From: Octopus vulgaris
Taxonomy: Eukaryota
Length of the DNA stretch: 64,000 bases
NCBI GenBank assembly: GCA_951406725.2
Contig: OX597825.1
Span: forward strand, 13,082,001-13,146,000
Direction of reading: 5' to 3'
Made by a program: the position numbers and the translations under genes. Shown piece after piece: positions 48,433 to 62,621 of the stretch. Numbering within the stretch: the first letter of the stretch is position 1; each line of letters begins with the position of its first letter. Under the pieces are notes generated by a model. The model saw nothing but the letters and a program-made list of their open reading frames with translations. It ran no database searches and was not told the origin of the DNA.

Positions 48433-51400
48433 TGTAGATAAATAGATAGATGAGACGCCCTAGTTGCTCACTACATCGAGGACGAAAAGATTTCGAAACG
48501 TATCCGCAGATACATACATCCAGGGACAAATTCCCATCATGTCGCATTATTAATTTACGTTACCAAAAAATAGTAAATGTGAATCTAAAGTGTATCCACC
48601 TTTCTGAAGGAAACTCCGTTTCCTTATTAGGAACTAAACAGCCTTGGCCGTTTTATTAATTAGGGAATATTTCTTCGAAGAGAGCCAAGGGAAATCTAAA
48701 CAAACGGATTTCCTGCTGAAATCGAAACTAGCTAACGGATCCCGTTTAATATAAACTTATATCTTACTTCCCAGTCTGTAGTTAAATATTCGCTGATTAA
48801 TCATTAAATGATACTCCTGATGAAGGAGACAATTTTTTATAGCAACACGCTAAAAAAGAATTTACGAAGATTCACAAAGAGTTTAGAAAACATTTTCAGG
48901 TACTTTTATAGCAAATAATAGTGATTTTATATAATATATTTTAATGTGAGAATTAAAACTTTTTTTCAGTGTCTTCTATTTATTCTGCTTCATGCAATAG
49001 TTTTAGAGCGCAAAATATATTTTGACAAGTCAGCATGTTTCATTAAGAAAGTGTTCAGACCGGAGAATTATATATAGGTCGCATGGACTACGATAATGTT
49101 TATTTTATGAAAATGTCCTTAAGAAAAAATGTTGCCATTGTCTGCTGACTATCATGTCAGCATGTTGGCAGTAGCCGAGCACCATCTTATTGAAACTAAT
49201 GGTATTGTAAAATGGTAAATCCTTCTGAGAATTATCATTGGAATCAGTGGAACATCTTCATACAAAGCAGAACATTTTTAGTGGAGCAGATACAGCAATT
49301 TCTTCTTACAGCAAAAAAGTTCCTGCTGACTATTGTTGTCCTGAACATATCCGCCGTGAATAGACTCGTGATGCGTACTGTAGCTTATACATTTAACGTG
49401 GTTCATTTTTACAGCAGTCAGCCATTTTTACTGACGATGACAACACATTTAATGATTAGAATATAAAATAGCTAAAACATATTCGCATATGCAGGAAATA
49501 AAAATACAATATCAGTCAAAAATCATTGTCGGCAGACATTTACAAAGAAGAATAGTTTTTATTTTTTATTTTCTTAATATTTTTTACTTTGCCACTGTAA
49601 AGTTTAGTTTCTTCATAAATTCGTGTTATAAATACGGAGTCTTTTCTATACCTTGGAGGATTTCAGTCACTGAGTTGGGAAACAGGTATGTCTTGGCTTA
49701 AGATGTCCGCTTTGCTTCTGTATTATTTCGGCTTTAATGCCGCCCTCCGTCCGGTAGTTTAGAATTATCTACCTGTTGACTAAATCTCGTGAATTACTTG
49801 ACAGAAACCACTCCAAACGACAGCTCCTGTTTTGAAGTAGCGGACTTAATTCGCCGCTCGTTTTAACATCATTATCTGACCCTTAGGCGCCTCCTTAGAG
49901 AATACAATTTGTTGATTAGATTCAGTAATCTTCCCTTTTTCGTTCCAAAGGTCACAGAAACCCTGAAATCACCATGGAAGTTGCTCTTACTCTTCTAGCA
50001 ATAATACTTTGAAGAGAAACACTTTAAAAGAATTTTTGTCTGTTTTGTTAATCTCGCTTCTTTATCCAGCGGTTATTTTCTTGATCTTGAAAAGCAGAAA
50101 GGAAAAATCAAATTAGGTTTCATTAGGACTAACACTAAATGACATTTCTGACCATCACACAATTTCTGCCATACGTTGTCATTATATGCAGTTGTGAAAG
50201 AGAGAGATACAGAGAGCGTACATCTGCTCGTGTATATTTCGCCATGATTCCGACAACCAAATTCCTCTCACAAAACCTTGTTCCATACGAGGCTATTGAA
50301 GAAGATGCATTCTCAATTGCGCTACACTGTTGAACCAAACTCAAAAAAACATGCAATTTTGGAGGTAAATTCTTAAACAAAGAACAAGTGCCTTAATTTC
50401 TTTTCGACGCTAAAAACCGCATTCAAAGATACAGCGAAAGACATCCAAAAATGCCTGTATTGTTTTACTTCACGCCAGCATGGCTCTATATTAGTAAATT
50501 TACCGAGAAAGTTCTCTCTTATACTTCGATAGTTTTCCGAAAGGCTACGTTTCGCTGATGAGTCTGAAGAAAAGCGAAACGCTTCCGAAACTGCCTTTCC
50601 TATTTGCCGATAAACAATAATAACAATATGATAGTAATAATCGAATGATATTGCTTCATTTTCTTTCTTCATTTATGGCGTATATGACTATATTTCAGCA
50701 GGTAAATGTCCTAATTGTAAAATAACCTTTCACCTAGATTTTTTTCCCCTCTCAGTGCCACAGATACATAAATAACACCATCCTCATTTATTACGAATTT
50801 TACTGATTTTATAGACTTATCACCTACTTACATCGACTCTTACCGGTTCCAGCCAGCTGCCTGTTGTCATACATTCTAACATTCATTAATGTATCTGCAA
50901 TAGTTTTACACGACAACAATTTACTGATTTTCTAAATAAATAAATAAAGAAATAATGAAAGAAAGAAAGAAAGAAAGAAAGAAAACACGCTGTACTTCCA
51001 TAAAATATAATTAAGAATCACGTTCACAATTTTGTTTTACTATCTTTTTTTCGATATTTCATGTTTAGTTTACATATCTTATTTTCATCTTATTTTTTTA
51101 TCCATTTTTCATTTAATCTTGTTTTTATACGTTTATATTTGTCATTCTCTGTGCTTTGTTTTTATATATTTCTTGCCGTCTTTCGTTTTATTCGTAATTT
51201 ATTTTCTCATTTTTATATATAAAGTGTTCAATACATCATGATCAACAAGCAGAGCAGCACCGATATCACCTACAACTGTTCATCATAGGGGAGGCACAGC
51301 CCCCCAAAACTTCAGAAATCATGATGCACAGACGTATTTCATTTTACAGACGACAATCGTTAGCTTTTATCACGTGACCTCCTTTTGTTTCCTTTTCTGA

Positions 51401-51654
51401 AATTTCTGATTTATAAGTCTAACCCGATTCATTCATCACTTGTGCTGGATGACATGAAGACCGCAGTTGCGATCCATGTCACTCTTAGCACGGGTTGATC
51501 TGTGATAACGCGCATCGGTCATAGATTCTCATTGTACCGAAATTTGTCTCAGCGACCAATCACTCACGTGGTTCAGTTATCCAGATTGTCGCTTATGTTT
51601 AAATGACCGTAGTTTGAAGCTGCGTATTTTATATAAGCATTTTCTTACTTGTAC

Positions 51655-51925
51655 ACATCAACATGGGAACAGTGAATGGCGATGTCAACTGGCCTTCACG
51701 CTCCCAAGACTTGACTAGCCCGAATTTTTCTTGTGGAGATTCCTGAAAGACAGTGTTTACATCAACAAACCGGAGATCCGGATGTAACTGAAGGGGAACA
51801 ACAATTGAGAAATCAGAGACAAGGGGTCTGAAACTCTTGAGGGTGTTATGGTGCAAGTTTTAGAAAGTGCACGGGCGTGCGAAGCCGAAAATGGCTGCCA
51901 TTTAACCGATGTCATTTTTCATATG
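51655..51925 (+). pseudogene. Tc1/mariner-superfamily transposase C-terminal fragment
   Basis: GDVNWPSRSQDLTSP, FFLWRFLKDSVYINKP and CEAENGCHLTDVIF. Confidence 0.8.
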
Positions 51926-52232
51926 TAGTGTAGTCGTGTTGCAAAATTTGACATATTAATTACCAGTATATCCTTTATATTGTATCAAAATTTCATGCAT
52001 CTATTTGTAAAGTTAAGGAAGTTATTAAAAATTGAAACTCATCAGTGACAATATGTAATCTTTTAAAATGTCTTATTGACGAGTCTCTTTTCTTGATTTC
52101 CCTGAAAAGAAGATTACATTGTTTTCCACCATTCCACCATTTTATTCCAGTGATATCTTCGAAACATGTGTCGGAAGTAAAAGAATTTGAATAAGACCTG
52201 CGTTTAACTCCATATATATATATATATATATA

Positions 52233-52419
52233 CGGGAAGCTTTATGAAAATAAACAAAAGACGAAGGCAGGTGGAATACAAACAAACAATTGTATTAGTA
52301 TGGCGCTCAGGAATATAAATAAAACAAGTCTTTTACGTTTCGAGCCTACGCTCTTCAACAGAAAGATACACAGAAAAGAAACAAGGAGAGAAAAAAAATG
52401 CGTGCAGAAGCTAGCGAAT

Positions 52420-52423
<4 letters not shown>
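52233..52423 (-). mobile_element. Short hammerhead-like element inside (TA)n
   Basis: Minus strand ucuuu-CUGUUGA-a-gagc(guag)gcuc-GAAACGUA-aaaga at 52329-52365, with a perfect 5-bp stem I. (TA)n on both sides. Confidence 0.7.
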
Positions 52424-52477
<54 letters not shown>

Positions 52478-52522
52478 ATATATGCATATATATATATATA
52501 TATATATATTTATATGTATTTA

Positions 52523-52568
<46 letters not shown>

Positions 52569-52949
52569 ATTTGTGTGTGTATATATATAAATATATATAT
52601 ATATGTATGCATGCATGTATGTATGTTAAGTGTGTGTGTTTGTGTAGTAACTATTAACTTTCTCTGTTCACCCATAGATGGGTGTTATGTCTTGTGTCAA
52701 GTCATTTCTGTTGTATCTTAGAAAATTTTCCTATCTACATTTTTCTTCTTGTAACCGATTGATGCAATGTATATTCTTTTCTACTGAAAGCACAAGAGCA
52801 GCAATTTCGACGAATGGATGTCAGTCGGTTACATCGACGGCATTTCTCAGTTGGTAATTATTTTGTCGCTCCCTACAAGATGAAAGGCAAAGTTGACTTC
52901 GGTTAAAAACAAAGCTGACCTCAGCGCATAAAGGCGGAAGAAATGCCAC

Positions 52950-52983
<34 letters not shown>

Positions 52984-53011
52984 CACCATCATTATTATTA
53001 TTATTATTATC

Positions 53012-53103
<92 letters not shown>

Positions 53104-53584
53104 CAGCAGCAGCAACAGTAGCAGCAGCAGCAGTTCATTGAACCTGAATCCTTATGCTTGCGAAGCTAGCGTCTGAACCTAACAGCCATAATCTTAAATT
53201 CTTTGTTTATGTCGAGAAACCAATCCAAACAATTAGAAGGATGCAGTCCTCGTGAGATGCGTTGAGGGGATTGTCTTGTATCAGTAATATGTTTACTCTG
53301 CTTAATTCGGCAGAACTTAACACAGTCACTTCACTATAATTGGTAACGGTGAGACGGCTAAACGCATACCTACCTACCTACCTACCTACCTACCTACCTA
53401 CCTACCTACCTACCACCCTACCTACCACCCTACCTGCCATAGCTAATGCGTTTCATGCTTTGGTGCACAGATGATCGTTAAAAATATATGCACCCCTCAT
53501 TATTTTGATGATTGACGTTGCCTGTGTTTTAAAATTTATTCAGCTTGAAAAGCCTCAGCATACGCTCAGCATTCATAAACATCA

Positions 53585-53790
53585 GTTTCTGGCATAAAGC
53601 CAGCAAATTCGAAGAAGGGGTTAAGTCTTTTATATCGATCCCTGTGCTCAGCTAGTACATATTTTATCGACCCCCGAAAAGATATAAAGCAAACTCGACC
53701 TTGGTGGAATTAGAACTCAGAACGTAAAGACGGACGAAATGCTGGTAAGCTTTTTGGCTGGTGTGTTCAGCATTCTTCTAGTTCGCTAAT
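53585..53790 (-). mobile_element. SINE family B, diverged
   Basis: ttttatcgacccccgaaaag...gaactcagaacgtaaagacggacgaaatgc. Confidence 0.75.
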
Positions 53791-54084
53791 CTCAAGTGAA
53801 TATGTATTGTTACTATTTAATGTGAATAGGGACAGAAGTCGCGGCATAATTCCAAATTACCGAGACTATGTCTGCTACTGAGAAGGCGAATCACGTCGAA
53901 ACGCGGTGTCTGCTGATTCGCTAACATCACTTGCAGTTCTGTTTGATGCATTGTGATGCACAAAGTCTATAAAATTTTCGTCGAGATTCTGTTTTATGCT
54001 TCTCTATAACCCTTCGTAACTTTTTGGGTTTTTTATAAATTTCAGGAATTTTTTGTGAATTTCTCTTCACAATGCATACACTTT

Positions 54085-54497
54085 TACTCTCTCTCTTTCT
54101 CTTTTTACTTGTTTCAGTCATTTTGACTGCGGCCATTCTGGAGCACCACCTTTTAATCGAGCAACTCGACCCCAGGACTTATTCTATGTAAGCCCAGTAC
54201 TTATTCTATCGGTCTCTTTTGCCGAACCGCTAAGTTACGGGGACATAAACACACCAGCATCGGTTGTCAAGCAATGCCAGGTGGACAAACACAGACACAC
54301 AAACATACACGCACATACATATATGTACATATATACGACGGGCTTCTTTCTGTTTCCGTCTACCAAATCCACTCACAAAGCTTTGGTCGGCCCAAGGCTA
54401 TAGTAGAAGACACTTGCCCAAGGTGCCACGCAGTGGGACTGAACCCGGAACCATGTGGTTGGTAAACAAGCTACTTACCACACAACCACTCCTGCGT
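54085..54497 (-). mobile_element. SINE family A, full length
   Basis: Near-consensus reverse complement. Confidence 0.93.
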
Positions 54498-55373
54498 ATA
54501 CGTCTATATAAAACAAAAATTATCTTGATTTTTGGAATTTAAATGTTTTTATTTAAGTTTTCGGATTTTTTAAAAATCAGTTTAAAATACAGTCTGAATA
54601 TTTGCTTAAATCTCAGCAATATACTTTTAAATGTGTTTATGGCGAGAAAGAAATTGAAAAATGTCTGTACGTCACAGTGACAAATTAGTAAGGCATCGGG
54701 TGGTCGTGGGATGTGCTCAACAACAAAATAGTCCTGATATCACACAATTTTTTGCATAATCGTACGAATTCTCGGGTAGAATATAAATTCGCATTTAAAA
54801 AAAATTTTTTTTTAATTTTAAAACATAAAAATGTTATGAGGGTGTTATATGAGGGTGTTTTATTTATATGAGGGTGTTTTATTTATTTCTTTTTTCCGAG
54901 ACAAAAACCTTCAGTAAATGATCTTTATGTTCCAGTATGTAGGAACGTCTTAAAATATATCCGCAAATGCGCATTTGTTTGCTTGGCTTTGAATGTGTGT
55001 GTGTGTGTGTGTGTGTGCACGCAAATCACATGTTTGTGTGTGCTATAAAACCGAGGAGAAAGAAAGCTGAAACAGCAACCAGCCGGGACCCCTGTATAGC
55101 TGAGGATATTGCAATAATGTGAAATGATATGATTTGATGTATGCATGTATGTATGTATGTGTGCATGCATGGGTAAAGGTATGTATGCATAACCGGACAC
55201 CTGCTCGGTAGCAAGGTTGTGAAGGAAGCCATCAAGTTTTCGTCATCGTCCTTTAAATCTTAAGAAAGTCTTGCAGACTTTTATTGTCCCAGGTATCGAG
55301 ATCATTTTTATGACTGGACTCAAGTTCAGTAATACGTTGCTCCGAAAGGGTTCCTACATTATCCTGTGGCTCC

Positions 55374-55398
55374 AATAATAATAATAATAATAATAATA

Positions 55399-55451
<53 letters not shown>

Positions 55452-55473
55452 AATAATAACAATAATAATAATA

Positions 55474-55508
<35 letters not shown>

Positions 55509-55536
55509 AATAATGATAATAATAATAATAATAATA

Positions 55537-55589
<53 letters not shown>

Positions 55590-55593
55590 AATA

Positions 55594-55658
<65 letters not shown>

Positions 55659-55683
55659 AATAATAATAATGATAATAATAATG

Positions 55684-55747
<64 letters not shown>

Positions 55748-55832
55748 TAATATTAACAACAACAACAACAACAATAATAATAATAATGATAATAATAATG
55801 ATAGTAATGATGATGATGTTGATGATGATGAT
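55374..55832. repeat. In-phase (AAT)n/(GAT)n/(AAC)n trinucleotide mosaic
   Basis: Direct reading. Confidence 0.97.
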
Positions 55833-56316
55833 GTGTATGAAGAAGTATAAAGCTGATAGTCTACCCAAGATAGAATTTATACCGTCTCCGTTTTCTTTCT
55901 CCTGTTTTTTTCTGACCACGTTTGTATCCAGAGGGCAGCTGATCTTCACATCAGAGCATGCTATATGTGTGTATGTATGTGTGTGTTCGCATGCGTGTGT
56001 TAGTATGTATGTATATTTTCCTATGTACGCACATACATATCGAAGCTTATCGTTTTGTGGATTTATATAAACGCATTTTCTGTTTTAAGTCTACTCTCTG
56101 TAAACATTTCCGAGCTAATATTTGCATTCTGCTTTTAGACTTCGAGTAGTTGGTAGATGGTTCGAATGATAAAACAAAACGTAAACATTAGAGATAAAAT
56201 TCAGAGAGAAGTCCTTAATAAGAACAGTCTATTCATTAATATAAGGGGCTGCAGATTTATACATACATACATACATACATACATACATACATACATACAT
56301 ACATACATACATACAT

Positions 56317-56380
<64 letters not shown>

Positions 56381-56382
<2 letters not shown>

Positions 56383-56625
56383 CAAGGAAATTCTAACTAT
56401 GGCTGTTTTTTATGTTTTATTAATATTCTTTATAATATTAATGTAGAATATAGAATATATAGTATAAATAATATATATATATATATAGTAAAATGAAGTA
56501 TTGATTGTCTTATTGAATAGATGAAATATTGAAAGTAAAAATTTTATGGGACCAGTATACTTTCTTGCATTATAGCAGTCTTCAAGGTCCCAGGTTGTGA
56601 CAGGAGTTTTTCAACTGTCACAATA
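56381..56625 (-). mobile_element. AT-rich short element in (TA)n carrying a variant hammerhead-like motif, copy 2
   Basis: Minus strand 56548-56591 reads gggac-CUUGAAGA-cugc(uauaau)gcaa-GAAA-GUAUAC-UG-guccc. (TA)n on both sides. Confidence 0.65.
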
Positions 56626-56628
56626 TAC

Positions 56629-56682
<54 letters not shown>

Positions 56683-57439
56683 TTACACTTATTTACACTA
56701 CTCCACCACGAAGAATTTGGTGTTATATCGTTCGTATTGAGGTTGTTCGCACGATAATCAAGCCTTACACAATCCCACTACAGTCTGCTAGCTTCTCCTT
56801 TGTCAAAAACTATTCTACGAATGCACTTACTTCAAAAGAAAAGAATATCCTAACAAACAACCATTCTCTCGTATTTCTTATCTGAAAATATGTGTTTGTT
56901 TTCTTTGCTGACTATTCTAGCTTATAATTGATAAATATAGAATAACGTATTTAAACCTAGTTATGTTTATTGTATAGCGAGTAAAATTCTTTCGTTAACA
57001 CACATACCACTGTATATACTCTATAACTGTAGGTAGTATTAAATGATAACATATACGAAATAATAATGCTGGAGCGAACGAAGCTGGGTAGACAGCAAAG
57101 CGTCGTTCGAAATGTATCATAATCATTTGTTTTGACCTCTTATCAAAAACTACAGAGCCTAAAGACAATGAACTAACGTCACTGCACGAGTTATATAGCT
57201 AAATAATAATTTAGTAGCAACATTGTACTGCCCAAAAGAAAAAGCTCTAGATTGCTACTAGACTTAGTTAAGTAACAGATTAGTGCTGAGAAAGAATTAG
57301 TAACTGAGCTCTTACTGCACAGCAGAAGTAAATAAATTTGAGCAACAGAGAAACAAAGAATTATTTATAGAGTACTATCATTTCTAGACGATGTACTCTA
57401 TCTAATATAGTACATCAGTTCTGTTTCAAATTCTAGGAC

Positions 57440-57668
57440 TCGTAGAGCCGATTACTCGGTATCTATGGCGTATAAGTGACTGACCTCACAATACTATTCC
57501 TGAACAAGATACAAGTCTGTTGCAGGATCACTCACTTACAGCTGAGCGGACTGAGGCAACGTGAGACGAATTGCTTTTCTCAATAGCACAACGCATCACC
57601 TGGTTCAGGGATCGAAACCACATCTCACGGTCGTGAATCTAAGACCCTAACCACTAAGCGATACGTCT
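57440..57668 (-). mobile_element. Diverged tRNA/CORE-like SINE, family D-related
   Basis: cagctgagcggactgaggcaacgtgag...cacaacgc...gggatcgaaacc...ccctaaccactaag. Confidence 0.7.
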
Positions 57669-57835
57669 CGACTAATGGTGCTTATTTCTACAGTTGAGTG
57701 GACTGAGGCATCATGAAATTAACTGTTTTGCTCGAGAACACAACGCGTATTTCAAACAGGCCAGCCTTGTCACGCAGTAACTACACATTAGTATTAATTT
57801 CGGTTTTGGATAAAAGGCCAGGCTACGCAGTATTA

Positions 57836-58470
57836 TCCTTTTCCACTCTAGGCACAAGGCCCGACTTTTGGGGGAGGGAACCAGTCGATTACATCCACCC
57901 CAGTATGCAACTGGTATTTAATTTATCGACCCTGAAAGGATGAAAGGCATAGTCGACCTCGGCGTAATTTGAACTCAGAACGTAAAGACACGTAATACCG
58001 CTGAGCATTTTGCCCGGCGTCCTAACGTTTCTGCCACCTCGCCGCCTTCCTACACAGTATTATTCATTTCTGCTCTAGGCACAAGGCCCGAAATTTTTGG
58101 GGAGGGGACGAGTCAATTAGATCAACCGCAGTACGCAACTGGTACTTATTTTTTCGACCCTGAAAGGATGAAAGGCAAAGTCGACCTCGGCGCAATTTTA
58201 ACTCAGAACGTGACGGCAGATGAAATACATATTTCTTTACTACCCACAAGAGGCTAAACACAGAGAGGACAAACAACGACAGACAAACGGATTAAGTCGA
58301 TTACATCGACTCCAGTGCGTAACTGGTACTTAATTTATTGACCCGGAAAGGATGAAAATTAAAGTCGACCTCGGCGGAATTTGAACTCAGAACATGAAGA
58401 CAGACGAAATACAGCTACGCATTTCGCCCGGCGTGCTACCGATTCTTTACTACCCACAAGGGGCTAAACA
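57836..58470 (-). mobile_element. SINE family B cluster (monomer 57836-58049, dimer 58066-58445, extra tail stub)
   Basis: Two heads and three bodies. tac(g/a)cagtattat is repeated at the block boundaries. Confidence 0.9.
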
Positions 58471-58537
58471 CATGGACAGCTATACCGTGTTCTTCAATAA
58501 ATGATTAAACCGTGTGGCATACACGCATACACAGTCA

Positions 58538-58583
<46 letters not shown>

Positions 58584-59949
58584 TACACAGATACACACAG
58601 ACCCAAGGACACACACACAAACACACACGCTATATTCACATACACGTATACACTCAAACACGTATACATACATTACAACAATCATACATACATACCTAAA
58701 TATATGCATACATACATACTTGCATGCATGCATACGTACATACGTACAAGCATACATACATGCATTCATACATACATATATACATATATACATACATACA
58801 TGCATACATAAATACATGCATACGCACGTACATACTTACAAACATATATGCATGCATACGAACATATATACGTACATGTATACATACGTACGTACATACA
58901 TACATACATACTTGCATACGTACGTACGTACATACATAGACACATAAATACATGCATACATACATGCATACGTACGTACGTACATACATACATAGATACA
59001 TTAATGCATACGTACATACATACATAGATACATACATACATACATACATACATACATGCATACATACATACATACATTCATACATACATACATACATACA
59101 TACATACATACATACATACATACATACATACATACATACATACATACATACATACATACATACATACATACATACATACATACATACATACATACATACA
59201 TACATACATACATACATACATACATACATACATACATACATACATACATACATACGTACGTATGTACGTGCGTGCGTACATACACGCATAGATGTAGATA
59301 GTCGCTACGTCAATGCAGATTTCAGAAAGGGACCCATCTAGACTAGAATTAACAAATTAGAGGTCTTAATTATAGGCTGGGTCTCCCGCTGGTTCGGATA
59401 AGTTCTTCTCTGTAATTTGCTTCGGACATCTTAAAGTTTGCTTGATTCTGTCTAAATTATATTTTCGCATGCTAGCAAAACATCATCAATTTATCTCGCT
59501 CGGTCAATTCCACCAGCCCATCAAATACACTAAAGTATTTCTCAGTATCTCACCCCTTATCTCTGTCTCTCTCTCTGTTTACCTCACTCTCTCTGTTTAC
59601 CTCTCTCTCTCTCTCTTTCCCTCTGTTTCTTTCCTTCCTCTTGCACCGATATATATATATTTGAAGAACTAGTTTAAGAAGTTAAATACTTTCTTAACAA
59701 TTTTGGCTTTCAGGATTTCAATTTGATATTTGTGTTCGCTCTATTACTGTTCTTGTAGCCATCGCAAACTGTTGTTGTTGTTGTTGTTATTGCTGTTGCA
59801 CATGTGGGTATATCTAGGGGTTGAGAAGAAGATTAATGACGATGCTAATGCTAATGATAATGATGATAATGACGATGAGGGTGTTGTTGTTGTTGTTGTT
59901 GTGGATGGTGGTGGTGAGGATTGTGATGGTAGAATTGGTCAGCGATGAC

Positions 59950-60315
<366 letters not shown>

Positions 60316-60559
60316 CGGTAGTGGCGGCAAAGATGTTACTCCATGACTATTGTGATAAGCTGGAGCAACATGCTGCATTGATGTTCTGGTGGTAGATTTC
60401 TTGAGTTAAGAAGTCCTTTTGGTTTCAGAACTTCGTGGTTTCGAGTTCAATATGTCCAGAGTTGCATTTTGAGTAAATGTATTCTGGGGCAGTGTCGGGT
60501 CGAACTGAATCTTGAGAAGAAAAAAAACTTTGAAAACAGATGAATCATGAAAGCCCCTA

Positions 60560-60835
60560 AGAAAGTGAGAAAGAAAGAGGGAACGAAAAAGAAAGGAAAG
60601 AAGGAAGAAGGGAAGGAAGGAAGGGAGGAAGAAAGAAACAAAAAAAAACGAAGAAAAGAAGAAAAAAGAAAGAAACAAGCAAATGAAGAAAGGAAGGAAG
60701 AAAGAAACGAAGAAAGAAGGAAAAACAAAGAAAGAAACGATGAAAGGAAGGAAGGAAGGGAAGGAGACAGGAAGGAAGAAAGAAAGAAGAAAGAAAGAAA
60801 AATGGTCGGAAGGAAAGAAAGAAGGAAGGTAAGTA

Positions 60836-60869
<34 letters not shown>

Positions 60870-61015
60870 ACGGAAGAAGGAAAGAAAGAGACAAACGAAG
60901 GATGGAAGGAAGGAAGGAAAGAAAGAAAGAAAGGAAAAAAGAAAGAAGGAAAGAAAGAAAAAAAGAAAGGAAGAAAGAAAGAAAGAGAGAGAAAGAAAGG
61001 AAGAAATTCAGAGAA
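60560..61015. repeat. Polypurine (AAAG/AAGG/GAA) low-complexity tract
   Basis: Almost only A and G on the + strand for ~450 bp. Confidence 0.95.
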
Positions 61016-61454
61016 GATGATTATTTCCAAAGAGCGAAATTTACTTTCCATCCCTGCTTTATTTTTTTGTATATTTTTTTCTTTGATACATTTTTTTTTC
61101 TTATCTAATTATATTTACTATTTTTTTCTTTAAATTTTAGTTTTACAAAATTTTCCTGTCACGATCGTCGCCTTTCATCGATACTAATTGATCGTCGATC
61201 TAATTACACAGAGAAGAAGTACAGGCTAAGCAAAATGGATGCGTGTGTGTATTCATATGCAGATGTATACAGATATGTGTGCGTGTATGTGTGTGTATAT
61301 GTTTGGGTGAGAATGTGCGTGTGAGTGTTTGAGTGTGTTTGCGTTTGTGTGTGTGTGTATGTGTATGTGTGTGTGTATGTGTGTGTGTGTGTGTGGTGCG
61401 TGTGTGTGGTATGTGTATGTTTATGTATTCTTACACGTAAGAATTTGAAAAAAG

Positions 61455-61516
61455 AATTTGAAAAAAGGAAACCGTATGATAGAGATATGTAGATAGACCG
61501 ACACACAGACAGCTAT

Positions 61517-61597
<81 letters not shown>

Positions 61598-61663
61598 CTG
61601 ACAGATAGACAAACAGACAGATCTATCTATATCTCTATGATACGGTTTCCTTTTTTCAAATTC
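61455..61663. repeat. ~42-bp inverted repeats enclosing a (GATA)n tract
   Basis: gaatttgaaaaaaggaaaccgtat.atagagatat..agataga versus tctatctatatctctat.atacggtttccttttttcaaattc. Confidence 0.85.
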
Positions 61664-61807
61664 TAAAGAGCGCATTATGTGTAAGAATAGACAGACAGAC
61701 GGACAGCTAACTAGCAAGATAGATAGACAGACAGGCATAGACAGACAGATAGATAGATAGACAGGTAGATAGTCAAATTCAGAATTAAAGAATTGAGACA
61801 TAGAAAT

Positions 61808-61980
61808 AAGAAACGTTAGCACACCGGGCGACATGTTGAGCGGTATTTCGCCTGTCTTTTCGTTCTGAGTTCAAATTCCACCAAGGTCGACTTTACCTTT
61901 CATTTTTGAGGGTTGATAAATTAAGTACCAGTAGCGTACTGGGGTCGAACTTATCGTCTGACCCCTCCCCAAAATTAAAT
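61808..61980 (+). mobile_element. SINE family B, truncated
   Basis: agaaacgttagcacaccgggcg...gagttcaaattcc...ttaagtaccagtagcgtactggggtcga. Confidence 0.85.
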
Positions 61981-62179
61981 TTTCTGTTTCAAACCTCATT
62001 TCATTTTCCTTCATTTTTATTTCGCCTGCGTGTCTGCCTGCCTGCAAGTCATGATTCTCCAGCTGACTGCAATCTAGGTCGCCCTCCCTCCCTCTCTCTC
62101 TCCTATATACGTAATATAGACAATTGAAAAACTTAAATTAAATCATCCTTGCAGTGGAATATTATATTTCTTGCTAATA

Positions 62180-62341
62180 GGCGCAGGAGTGGCTGTGTGG
62201 TAAGTAGCTTGCTAACCAACCACATGGTTCCGGGTTCAGTCCCACTGCGTGGCATCTTGGGCAAGTGTCTTCCGCTATAGCCCCGGGCAGACCAATGCGT
62301 TGTGAGTAGGTTTGGTAGACGGAAACTGAAAGAAGCCTGTC

Positions 62342-62403
<62 letters not shown>

Positions 62404-62621
62404 TGTTTGTGTGTCTGTGTTTGTCCCCTAGCATTGCTTGACAACAGATGCTGGTGTGTTTACGTCCCCGTAACCTAGCGGTTCGGCAAAAGAGACCGAT
62501 AGAATAAGTACTGGGCTTACAAAGAATAAGTCCCGGGGTCGACTTGCTCGACTAAAGGCCGTGCTCCAGCATGGCCGCAGTCAAATGACTGAAACAAGTA
62601 AAAGAGTAAAGAGTAAAGAGT
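62180..62621 (+). mobile_element. SINE family A, full length
   Basis: Near consensus, ending in a (GTAAAGA)n-type tail. Confidence 0.95.

Noticed and set aside
50135-50672. hAT dimerisation-domain-like peptides on the minus strand (SSDSS, FW, YGTRFCE)
   Set aside because: Motif spacing does not fit hAT transposases, so it is probably coincidence.
53885-53920. Hammerhead-like ctgagaaggcg...cgtcgaaacgcg
   Set aside because: The core is non-canonical and no stem I or valid cleavage triplet can be formed.
55253-56070. Poly-M, poly-I and poly-S ORFs (also 52921-53176 and 59851-60395)
   Set aside because: Trinucleotide repeats with no non-repetitive coding context.
60406-61108. K/E/R-rich and F/S/L-rich ORFs
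   Set aside because: A polypurine low-complexity tract is open in several frames by composition alone.
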